Source: Kiritimatiellia bacterium
Lineage (GTDB): Bacteria; Verrucomicrobiota; Kiritimatiellia; RFP12; JAAYLN01
Assembly: GCA_017509565.1 (NCBI GenBank)
Contig: JAFWPM010000069.1
Coordinates: 1 to 62,263, forward strand
Length of the DNA stretch: 62,263 nucleotides
Direction: 5' to 3'
In this document: piece after piece, positions 30,943 to 39,133 of the stretch
Layout of the letters: every line of letters starts with the position of its first letter
How positions within the stretch are numbered: the first letter of the stretch is position 1
The notes under the pieces: generated by a model
What the model was told of the DNA's origin: nothing
The model's input: the letters and a program-made list of their open reading frames with translations, nothing else
The model's database searches: none
Program-made: the position numbers and the translations under genes

Positions 30943-31203
30943 TCACTTCCGCCCCTTGTCACTTGTGTCATTTCCCCTCCCCGGCACGGGGTCGTATCCG
31001 CTGGGGCCGAAGGGGTGGCATCTGAGGAGGCGCCGCAAGGCGAGCCATCCGCCGCGCAGGGGGCCGTGTGTCTCGACCGCCTCGATGCAGTAGGTGGAGC
31101 AGGAGGGGGAGAAGCGGCAGCAGCCTGTGAAAAGCGGGGAGAGGGTCACCTTGTAGGCGCGGACCAGCGTAACGATGGCCCATGTCACGGGCCGCCATTT
31201 CAT
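30943..31203 (-). CDS. yidD: Membrane protein insertion efficiency factor
   Basis: '[10 protein letters not shown]...[14 protein letters not shown]'. Confidence 0.93.
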   Translation of the reverse strand: MKWRPVTWAIVTLVRAYKVTLSPLFTGCCRFSPSCSTYCIEAVETHGPLRGGWLALRRLLRCHPFGPSGYDPVPGRGNDTSDKGRK

Positions 31204-31610
31204 GGAGTCGGCCCCTCCGGAGCCACGCGCTTGGCCGCATTTGCCCGCAGAATCCCATTCCGGCCGTAGAAGGCGCGCAGCTCCCGCGTGACGTCGCGGG
31301 AGGAGGATTTGGCGAGGCGGCGCCTCCCGATGAGCAGGAGCCATACGCCGCCGGCGATTTCGCCCTTGCTTTGCCTGAACGCCTCGCGCATCAGGCGGCG
31401 CGCGCGGCTGCGCTCCACTGACAGCGGGAAGGTGCGCTTGGAGACGACGACGCCCAGCCGCGCCGGCCCGTCGCCGTCCGCCCGGACAATCCAGCCGACA
31501 AAAGAACGCGAGGGGAAGGATTTCCCCTCTGCGAAGGCGCGCCGGTAGTCGGCGCGTAGGAAGCGCTCGCCCCGGCGCAACCGGGCGTCTGCTCCGCCGG
31601 GTGTGGCCAT
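31200..31610 (-). CDS. rnpA: Ribonuclease P protein component
   Basis: 'RLGVVVSKR...[16 protein letters not shown]'; position between rpmH and yidD. Confidence 0.9.
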   Translation of the reverse strand: MATPGGADARLRRGERFLRADYRRAFAEGKSFPSRSFVGWIVRADGDGPARLGVVVSKRTFPLSVERSRARRLMREAFRQSKGEIAGGVWLLLIGRRRLAKSSSRDVTRELRAFYGRNGILRANAAKRVAPEGPTP

Positions 31611-31638
31611 GGCCGCAGCGGACCCCGCTGGTGCGCGA

Positions 31639-31776
31639 CTACGCCTGCGTCAGGCGGACGCGGCCCTTCTGGCGGCGGCGGACGAGAACCTTGCGGCCGC
31701 CGCGCGTTGCCATGCGGGCGCGGAAGCCGAGCTTGCGGACGCGTTTAATCTTGGAGGGTTGCCAAAGTTGCTTCAT
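31639..31776 (-). CDS. rpmH: 50S ribosomal protein L34
   Basis: Manual translation: [45 protein letters not shown]. Confidence 0.95.
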   Translation of the reverse strand: MKQLWQPSKIKRVRKLGFRARMATRGGRKVLVRRRQKGRVRLTQA

Positions 31777-31812
31777 TTTCAGAATCCTTTCCTGTTCGAA
31801 TTTGAGTTTGCT

Positions 31813-31841
31813 ATTCTACTAGAATCCGCGGCCAATGTCAA
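31813..31841 (-). promoter_or_regulatory. sigma70 promoter of the rpmH operon
   Basis: TTGACA-17bp-TAGAAT on the minus strand. Confidence 0.75.
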
Positions 31842-31966
31842 GCGCGGATAAAAAGATATGGCGAAACGCGCCCGATTTTGGTAGAATGGTTCCATCATTC
31901 TTTTAATGCCGGATTGCACGCCCGGTCGGGCGACACCGGAACAACGCTAATAGGAGAACTAGAAAG

Positions 31967-33997
31967 ATGGCATCAGCCAAGAAGCCCGCTACCGGCGCCA
32001 AACTCGCCAAGACTCCCAAATTCGAAAACGCCAAGGTTTTCGCCTGGGTAGACAAGTGGAACAAGGTCTGCACCCCTGACAAAATCGTGGTCGTGACCGG
32101 CACGAAGGCCGAGCACCTCGCCATCTGCGAGTCCATGGTCAAGAACGGCCAGTTCATCAAGCTCAACCCAAAGAAGCGCCCGGACTGCTACCTCGCCCGC
32201 TCCCACGAGAGCGACGTCGCCCGCGTCGAGGGCCGCACATTCATCTGCTCGAAGCGCGAAATCGACGCCGGCCCGACCAACCACTGGATGGATCCGGAGG
32301 AGATGAAGGCCAAGATGCTCAAGTCCTACTCCGGGTGCATGAAGGGCCGCACGATGTTCGTCATCCCCTTCGCCATGGGCCCGATCGGCAACCCCATCAC
32401 CCAGTACGGCATCGAGCTCACCGACTCCCCCTACGTCGTCGTGAACATGAACATCATGACGCGCACCGGCGACGCGGTCCTCAAGCACCTCGGCAAGGAC
32501 GGCGACTTCGTCCCGTGCATCCACTCCGTTGGCGCCCCGCTCGCCAAGGGCCAGAAGGATGTCGCCTGGCCCTGCGCCAAGAACATCGAGGACAAGTTCA
32601 TCACCCAGTTCCCCGAGGATGGCGAAATCTGGTCGTTCGGCTCGGGCTACGGCGGAAACGCCCTTCTCGGCAAGAAGTGCTTCGCCCTCCGCATCGCCTC
32701 CAAGCTCGCGAAGGACCAGGGCTGGATGGCCGAGCACATGCTCATCCTCACCCTCACCTCGCCCGAAAAGAAGCAGTACCACGTCACGGCCGCCTTCCCG
32801 TCGGCCTGCGGCAAGACCAACCTCGCCATGATGCTTCCCAAGCTCCCCGGCTGGAAGCTCCAGACGATTGGCGACGACATCGCCTGGCTCAAGCCCGGCG
32901 ACGACGGCCGCCTCTACGCGATCAACCCCGAGAACGGCTTCTTCGGCGTCGCGCCCGGCACATCCAACGACTCCAACCCCAACGCCCTCAAATCCTGCAA
33001 GAAGGGCACCATCTTCACGAACGTCGTCCTCACCCCCGATGGCGACATCTGGTGGGAGGACATGGGCGTTGACGCCCCGGCCGAGGGCATCGACTGGAAG
33101 GGCAACCCCTGCTACCGCTGCATCGACGACCGCAAGCGCATGGGCCCGAAGCCAGGCATGACCAAGGCCGACGTCAAGGCGCTCGGCTATGTCGCCGCCC
33201 ACAAGAACAGCCGCTTCACCGCCCCGGCCGAGAACTGCCCGGTGCTTGACAAGTCCGGCTTCAAGGGCATCTTCAAGGGCAAGCCCACTGGAGTGCCGAT
33301 AGACGCCATCCTCTTTGGCGGCCGCCGTCCATCCACGATCCCGCTGGTCAACGAGGCCAAGAGCTGGACCCACGGCGTCTTCATGGGTTCCGCCGCCGGC
33401 TCCGAGGTCACCGCCGCCGTCATCTCCGACCAGATCGGCCAGGTCCGCCGCGACCCGATGGCCATGCTCCCCTTCTTCGGCTACAATGTCGCAGACTATT
33501 TCCAGCACTGGCTTGAGATGGAGCGCACCTCCGCCGACGCCACCAAGCTGCCGCGCATCTACTTCGTCAACTGGTTCCGCAAGACCGCCGACGGCAAGTT
33601 CATGTGGCCTGGCTTCGGCGACAACAGCCGCGTCCTGAAGTGGATCTGCCAGCGCATCGAGGGCGAGGTCGGGGCCAACGAGACCGCAATCGGCAACCTG
33701 CCCTTCGCCAAGGACATCGACCTCGCCAACAACGAGGGCGCCGAGGGCTTCACCGTCGATCCGAAGATGCTTGAGGAGATCCTCAAGGTCGACGTCGAGG
33801 GCTGGAAGAAGGAAATCGCCACTGTCGGCGCCTCCTACGACGAATATGACGCCAAGCCCTCCAAGGACTCCAAGGTCGTCTCCAAGACCGCGCACCGCGT
33901 CCCGCGCGCGCTGCGCCAGGTGCTGGCCGACGTTTCGGCCGCGCTTGCCGCCGCCGCGCCAGCCAAGGCCACGACGAAGGCCAAGGCCAAGAAGTAG
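31967..33997 (+). CDS. pckG: Phosphoenolpyruvate carboxykinase (GTP)
   Basis: 'SDVARVE', 'FGSGYGGNALLGKKCFALR', 'AFPSACGKTNLAM', 'GDDIAW', 'INPENGFFGVAPG'. Confidence 0.97.
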   Translation: MASAKKPATGAKLAKTPKFENAKVFAWVDKWNKVCTPDKIVVVTGTKAEHLAICESMVKNGQFIKLNPKKRPDCYLARSHESDVARVEGRTFICSKREIDAGPTNHWMDPEEMKAKMLKSYSGCMKGRTMFVIPFAMGPIGNPITQYGIELTDSPYVVVNMNIMTRTGDAVLKHLGKDGDFVPCIHSVGAPLAKGQKDVAWPCAKNIEDKFITQFPEDGEIWSFGSGYGGNALLGKKCFALRIASKLAKDQGWMAEHMLILTLTSPEKKQYHVTAAFPSACGKTNLAMMLPKLPGWKLQTIGDDIAWLKPGDDGRLYAINPENGFFGVAPGTSNDSNPNALKSCKKGTIFTNVVLTPDGDIWWEDMGVDAPAEGIDWKGNPCYRCIDDRKRMGPKPGMTKADVKALGYVAAHKNSRFTAPAENCPVLDKSGFKGIFKGKPTGVPIDAILFGGRRPSTIPLVNEAKSWTHGVFMGSAAGSEVTAAVISDQIGQVRRDPMAMLPFFGYNVADYFQHWLEMERTSADATKLPRIYFVNWFRKTADGKFMWPGFGDNSRVLKWICQRIEGEVGANETAIGNLPFAKDIDLANNEGAEGFTVDPKMLEEILKVDVEGWKKEIATVGASYDEYDAKPSKDSKVVSKTAHRVPRALRQVLADVSAALAAAAPAKATTKAKAKK

Positions 33998-34018
33998 CCT
34001 TGCTTCAGCCCTGTGGCA

Positions 34019-34063
34019 AAAACGACGGCGGGCCGCGAGAACATCGCGGCCCGCCGTCGTTTT
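34019..34063. terminator. Bidirectional intrinsic terminator
   Basis: Perfect 20-bp stem aaaacgacggcgggccgcga/tcgcggcccgccgtcgtttt between convergent genes. Confidence 0.85.
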
Positions 34064-34140
34064 ATGGCCCCGCCGTGATTGCGGGGCAGCCATCGGCGGC
34101 GTGGCCGGGGTCCCCCCGGCGCCACGCCGCCAGCCATGTC

Positions 34141-35556
34141 CTACATCAGCGCGTATTTCGCGATGAAGATCGCCGTGAGCGCGTACATGACCCAGTGGAC
34201 GCGCGACGCCTTGCCGGCAAGCGTGTTGATCAGCGTGTAGGAGATGATGCCGAACATGATCCCGTCCGAAATCGAGTAGGTGAAGGGCATCCACGCGATC
34301 GCGATGAAGGCCGGGACGCTTTCGCCGGCATCCGACCAGTCGATGTCGGCGACCGAGGAAAGCATCATGTAGCCGACGATGATGAGGGCGGGCGTCGTGG
34401 CGAAGCCGGGAACGGCGAGGAATATCGGGGCGAAGAGAATCGCCAGCGCGAAGAGGATGGCGGCGGTGAGCGCCGTGAGCCCCGTGCGTCCGCCGGCGGC
34501 GACGCCGGAAGCCGACTCAACGTAGGTCGTCGTCGTCGAGGTGCCGAGGACTGCGCCGGCCGAGGTCGCGATCGCGTCGGCGCAGAGCGCGCCGCTGATG
34601 CGCGGAAGGCGGCCGTCCTTGTCGAGCATCCCGCCCTTCATCGACACGCCAATAAGGGTGCCGAGGGTGTCGAAGAGATCGACGAAGAAGAAGGCGAACA
34701 TGATCGTGAAGAAGTGCAGCGACTTTGCGAGCGCCCAGCCGGCCGTCACCGTGCCGTCCTTGGCCGTGTGGGTCCAGGCGGCGGAGTTGAATACCGCGCC
34801 GAAGGTCTGCTTGAATTCTACGATGGAATCGTGGAGCCCCTCGAAGGAAAGGGCGGGGTAGAGCGAGAAGTAGCCGCTGGCCGGATCGGGGACGTAGATG
34901 CCCGTCGCCTGGGCAATCATGCCGAGCGCCCATGTGCCGAGGATGCCCACGAGGATCGCGCCTTTTAGGTGGAGCGCCAGCATCACGCCTGTCAGTATCG
35001 TGCCCAGGAGGGCGAGGAGCGCGCAGATCCCCTGGGTGTGGAAGGGCACCGTGCGGAAGTCGATGATGTCCACCAGCGTCGCGCCATTGTCAACGACAAC
35101 CTTGGCCGTCTGGAGGGCGATGAAGCAGATGAACAGGCCAATGCCTGCCGAAACGGCCTTCTTGAGTGAAATCGGGATGGCGTTGAAGATGCCCTCGCGG
35201 ACGGGCGTGAGCGAGAGCGCGAGGAACACGAGCCCTTCGACGAAGACGGCCAGCAGCGCGAACTGCCAGCTGTAGCCCATGCCGAGGACGACGCCGTAGG
35301 TGAGGAAGGCATTGAGGCCCATGCCGGGGGCGAGGACGAACGGGTAGTTTGCCATGAAGGCCATAAGAAGGGTGCCGACAATGGAGGCTATTGCGGTCGC
35401 CATGAACACGCCGCCGCGTGGAATGCCCGCCGCGGAAAGAATGTTGGGGTTGACGGCCAGGATGTAGGCCATTGTCATGAAGGTCGTCAGACCTGCGACC
35501 AGTTCGGTGCGGACACTTGTCCCGGAGTCGTTGAGCTTGAAAAGTTTTTCGAACAT
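34141..35556 (-). CDS. NCS2/AzgA-family purine permease
   Basis: 'TTFMTMAYILAVNP', 'APGMGLNAF', 'DLFDTLGT', 'YVESASGVAAGGRTG'. Confidence 0.93.
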   Translation of the reverse strand: MFEKLFKLNDSGTSVRTELVAGLTTFMTMAYILAVNPNILSAAGIPRGGVFMATAIASIVGTLLMAFMANYPFVLAPGMGLNAFLTYGVVLGMGYSWQFALLAVFVEGLVFLALSLTPVREGIFNAIPISLKKAVSAGIGLFICFIALQTAKVVVDNGATLVDIIDFRTVPFHTQGICALLALLGTILTGVMLALHLKGAILVGILGTWALGMIAQATGIYVPDPASGYFSLYPALSFEGLHDSIVEFKQTFGAVFNSAAWTHTAKDGTVTAGWALAKSLHFFTIMFAFFFVDLFDTLGTLIGVSMKGGMLDKDGRLPRISGALCADAIATSAGAVLGTSTTTTYVESASGVAAGGRTGLTALTAAILFALAILFAPIFLAVPGFATTPALIIVGYMMLSSVADIDWSDAGESVPAFIAIAWMPFTYSISDGIMFGIISYTLINTLAGKASRVHWVMYALTAIFIAKYALM

Positions 35557-35630
35557 AGTAAGCCTTTCTTAGTGATGTAGAAATTTTACGCTTTATCGGC
35601 GAAAAAGGCAACCCCCGACGCAAATGTGCG

Positions 35631-35778
35631 CAAAGGGACAGACATCTTATTCACAAAGGGGCCACATACTGTGTGCACAAAGGGACAGACATTATGTTAA
35701 CAACGGCGTAAAAGGCGAGGCGGCAACAAAGAAGATGGAAAGGCATGGGGTAGCGCGGATAAAATGTCTGTCCCTTTA
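35631..35778. repeat. AAAGGGACAGACAT motif: three direct copies and one inverted copy
   Basis: 35631, 35654 (degenerate), 35678; inverted atgtctgtccctt at about 35764. Confidence 0.8.
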
Positions 35779-35792
35779 TGCGGAGAAAATTT

Positions 35793-35823
35793 TGAACCGG
35801 GGTGGGGGATTGGGGTATCCTAT
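35793..35823 (+). promoter_or_regulatory. Putative ECF-type promoter
   Basis: TGAACC-16bp-GTATCCTAT directly before the sigma ATG. Confidence 0.4.
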
Positions 35824-35830
35824 ATATAGG

Positions 35831-38800
35831 ATGACTTTAGTTGAAGAATTGAGAACGGATCGCGAAAGGGGCGCAAGGCGTCTCGAAAGCGAATACAAGG
35901 CGGGGTTGATGACGCTCGCCAGAAACTTCTGCGTCGACGAAAGCGACGCTGAGGAGCTGGTCAACCGCACTTTCGCCGCCGTTGTCGAGGGAATCGACGA
36001 CTACCTGGAGCAGTCGGCCTTCTTCGGCTGGATGTGCCAGATTCTAAGAAACATCCACGCAAAGGACATCCGGCGCAAGGAGCATGGAGCGACCGTATAT
36101 CCGGGCGATGTTCCCGATTTCCCGGACGAGGGGGAGTCCGACCGCGTATACCGGGAACTGGACGCGATGCTTTTGCGCGAAGCCGTGGCAAAGCTGCCAC
36201 CAGACCAGCGCGAGCTCGTTGTCCTACACTATTTCATGGACATACCGATCGGCCGTATCGCGAAGATTCTCACGACGCCGGAGGGGACGGTCAAGCGCAG
36301 GCTCCACTACGCGCGCAAGGCTCTTGGCGCAAAACTCGGCGTCGCGATGAAAAAGCCGGGCGGCAAGGCGCTGCTCGTCGCGCTCGCCCTCTGCGGCCTC
36401 ACCACGCTCGGCGCGGCGGTCCACAACCTCGCCAATAATGGCGGGACACGGGACACGGGCGGCGAAACCGCAATAGAGGGGAGCGCGGCCGCGGGCGACG
36501 CCGAAACCGGCGAGACGGTCGGGGCCGGCGACGGGACAGGCTCGACAGGCGAGACCATCTCCAGTCCAGCAAGCTCTTCCGCCCTTTCCTTCTTAAACCT
36601 TCACCCCTTCACCCCTTCAACTATACGAATCCAGGAGCAAAACATGAACGCAACAGCAAAAACCGCAGCGGTCCTCGCGTCCGCGCTCGCCCTGCAAACG
36701 GCAGCCCCCCTTGTCGCCACCGGAAGCACAATCTCGCTCACGACGAAGGACGCCTCCGGCCAGTCCAGCTTCGACAAGTGGGACATCTCGGGCGGCGGAA
36801 CCAACGCGCCCAGCGCCGAAAACGACTATGTCGTGGCTGGCAACCTCCACATTCGCGTCATCTACAACCGCACGTTTGGCGGCAATTCGATCACGTTCGG
36901 AACCGGAACCGCGTCCGGCACCCAGGGCGGACTCGTCGTCTCGCGCGGGGACTCCAGCGTGAGCCACAGCATCGGGTTCGGAAAAAACGGCGCCATCCTG
37001 CAGAACGGCTACTTCACGACATGGGAAAGCGATCGGACGCCGCGCATCATCTCCGCCGGTCCTCTCACCGTGACGGCTCCGGAGAGCAACCCGTTCCGCA
37101 TCGCCGCAGCCGAGGTTGACACAAGAGTTACCGCAACATCTTTCAACACCAACAACGCTTGGTCGATTGAGGCTCCAATCAAGGGGGATGCCGGAACGGC
37201 GCTAATGCTCTGCGCCGGCGGCGTAAGGGGTTCTCTCGTTATTCCGGCAAGTACCAACTCCTTCACGATTAGGGGGAGCATGGCGGAGTTCTACGGAAAG
37301 CTCATCGTGAGCGGCGGCCTTGCCGGAAGCGCCCGCGAAGCTGTCCCGGTAAACGCCCTTTTCTTCAAAGGCGGAGATGTGGTCGGCGGATCGATTGTCG
37401 TTGAGAATGACGCGACCGCGACGTTTGAGAGCCTTGCCGTGAATGGTTCCGTCGTCGTCCAGAGCGGCGCGAAGGTCATGATGCGCTACACGGACCGAAC
37501 ACTCACGACGGCGGGCCTCGAACTTCAGGCCGATTCGATCCTGCTCGTGAACAACAAGGTCGGGGAAAGTAAGTGCGGCAAGATCGCCGTTACGGAATCG
37601 CTGACCGTCGAAAAGGGCGCTATCGTCCGGCTCGAAACCCATCCCTATTCCGGATCCAACTTCGACCCCTACGACTGGGTCGTCCTGACGCTCCCGGCGA
37701 ACAAGGGCACGATCCCGCTGGAGAACTTCGAATGCCCGGACGTTGACGGCATGCCTCCCTGCACGCTTTCGACAAACCTCGTGGACGGCGTGTGGCAGCT
37801 CGTGATCCACAAGGACGCGCACGACGTCCTGAAGGCGAACGACGACAACGACACGACGATCTCCCATGCGCTTCCCTCCGCGTGCACCAACGCCACGTCT
37901 TGGAAGAGCGGCAATGCTCCTGCGCCTGGAAAGATGTATGTTGCGGGAAACGGCGTCGGAGGCCTTTCCTCGACAACCTATCCCGTCATCCGCACCCCGT
38001 ATTACCCCAAAACTGCGACGGAGTTTGTCTTCGCAGGCGACACGCTCGCCCTCGGTGACCGTTCACTAGTTCTGCCGTGTTCAAAGGATGTCACGTTTCC
38101 CCGGCTTGTCCTTTCCGCCAACAGCACCTACGTCCTTTCGCTCGCGTCCGTGCCGTCGTATCTGCGCGGAACACTCTATCTGCGAACGTCGAACGACAAC
38201 TCTTCGCAGAAGATCCAGGCCTACATGCGCGGCCTTAACACCGTCGCCGCCGAGGTCTCGGGACCGGGAACGCTCTTCGTCACGGGCCGCAACGGTTCGG
38301 GCAACCCCTACGGCGACATCGAGTTCACCGCGCTCAACACGAACTACACCGGTCGCATCAAGGTTTACGCGAACGTCAGCAGCACAGCGGCCGGAACAGT
38401 CTCCTACAAGCACGAGCGCGTCTTCGTGACGGACGCCCGCAATCTCGGCGGGGCGCTCGACGAGTTCCGCGCCGACGCCCTCGAACTCGCCGACTACTCG
38501 GTGCTTGAGGCGCGCAACGACGTGGACATGAATGTCGCGAACCGCGGCGTGAAGGTGACCGGCAACGCCGGCTTCGCCGCGCCGGAGGACGTCACGCTCG
38601 CGATCTCGAACGACATCACTTGGAACGGCACGGCCCGCAAGACCGGCGCCGGAACGCTCGCCCTCGGCGGCGCGCCGCTCATCGCCTCCGGCGCCAACGC
38701 AACCCTCGCCGTGGAGGAAGGGTTCCTCTCCGTCCGCTCGACTGGAGCCGTGGACGGCGTCACCGTCACGTTTGATAACGGCGCATACCTGCTGGTCGAT

Positions 38801-39109
38801 CCGGCGACGACGGACGCCAATCTCGCCAGCTTCGGCGCGGTGAATCTCGTCGCCAATCCCTTCGACGGGGAACTGCCCGTAGCCTTCAACCTCCCGGAGG
38901 GGGCCGGTTCCAACTACGTCGTGCGCGACATAGCCGTCTGCACCGTCGCCAACGAAGAGACTGCCAATGCGCTGGCTGTTTCGGCGGCGGCGAACACGCG
39001 CAAGATGCGCGGCCTCAGGGCGACCTATTCGACGCGCACAAACGGTGACGGCACCGTCACGGTCCTGGCCTCAATCGCGCCGCAGGCCTTCGTCATCGTG
39101 TTGCGCTAG
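35831..39109 (+). CDS. ECF sigma factor fused via a TM helix and linker to a secreted autotransporter-passenger-like beta-helix protein
   Basis: sigma2 'DAEELV..TF...F.GWMCQILRN', sigma4 'LPPDQRELVVLHYF...PEGTVKRRLHYARKAL'; hydrophobic segments; 'KTGAGTLALGG'; C-terminus 'AFVIVLR'. Confidence 0.85.
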   Translation: MTLVEELRTDRERGARRLESEYKAGLMTLARNFCVDESDAEELVNRTFAAVVEGIDDYLEQSAFFGWMCQILRNIHAKDIRRKEHGATVYPGDVPDFPDEGESDRVYRELDAMLLREAVAKLPPDQRELVVLHYFMDIPIGRIAKILTTPEGTVKRRLHYARKALGAKLGVAMKKPGGKALLVALALCGLTTLGAAVHNLANNGGTRDTGGETAIEGSAAAGDAETGETVGAGDGTGSTGETISSPASSSALSFLNLHPFTPSTIRIQEQNMNATAKTAAVLASALALQTAAPLVATGSTISLTTKDASGQSSFDKWDISGGGTNAPSAENDYVVAGNLHIRVIYNRTFGGNSITFGTGTASGTQGGLVVSRGDSSVSHSIGFGKNGAILQNGYFTTWESDRTPRIISAGPLTVTAPESNPFRIAAAEVDTRVTATSFNTNNAWSIEAPIKGDAGTALMLCAGGVRGSLVIPASTNSFTIRGSMAEFYGKLIVSGGLAGSAREAVPVNALFFKGGDVVGGSIVVENDATATFESLAVNGSVVVQSGAKVMMRYTDRTLTTAGLELQADSILLVNNKVGESKCGKIAVTESLTVEKGAIVRLETHPYSGSNFDPYDWVVLTLPANKGTIPLENFECPDVDGMPPCTLSTNLVDGVWQLVIHKDAHDVLKANDDNDTTISHALPSACTNATSWKSGNAPAPGKMYVAGNGVGGLSSTTYPVIRTPYYPKTATEFVFAGDTLALGDRSLVLPCSKDVTFPRLVLSANSTYVLSLASVPSYLRGTLYLRTSNDNSSQKIQAYMRGLNTVAAEVSGPGTLFVTGRNGSGNPYGDIEFTALNTNYTGRIKVYANVSSTAAGTVSYKHERVFVTDARNLGGALDEFRADALELADYSVLEARNDVDMNVANRGVKVTGNAGFAAPEDVTLAISNDITWNGTARKTGAGTLALGGAPLIASGANATLAVEEGFLSVRSTGAVDGVTVTFDNGAYLLVDPATTDANLASFGAVNLVANPFDGELPVAFNLPEGAGSNYVVRDIAVCTVANEETANALAVSAAANTRKMRGLRATYSTRTNGDGTVTVLASIAPQAFVIVLR

Positions 39110-39133
39110 TCCCGGCGAGTTCCGGAAAACCCG

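Noticed and set aside
31777-31966. Replication origin next to rpmH
   Set aside because: No dnaA gene and no DnaA-box cluster; the divergent gene is PEPCK.
31973-34294. Long antisense or alternate-frame ORFs (also 9180-10946, 57316-59322, 58737-60137, and the 26162-27100 extension)
   Set aside because: Shadows of GC-rich codon usage over well-identified genes.
35557-35625. Purine riboswitch upstream of the NCS2 permease
   Set aside because: A TTGCCT-17-TAAAAT promoter leaves too short a leader, and no aptamer motifs are seen.
35746-35815. G-quadruplex at the sigma promoter
   Set aside because: Only three closely spaced G-runs; the fourth is about 50 nt away.
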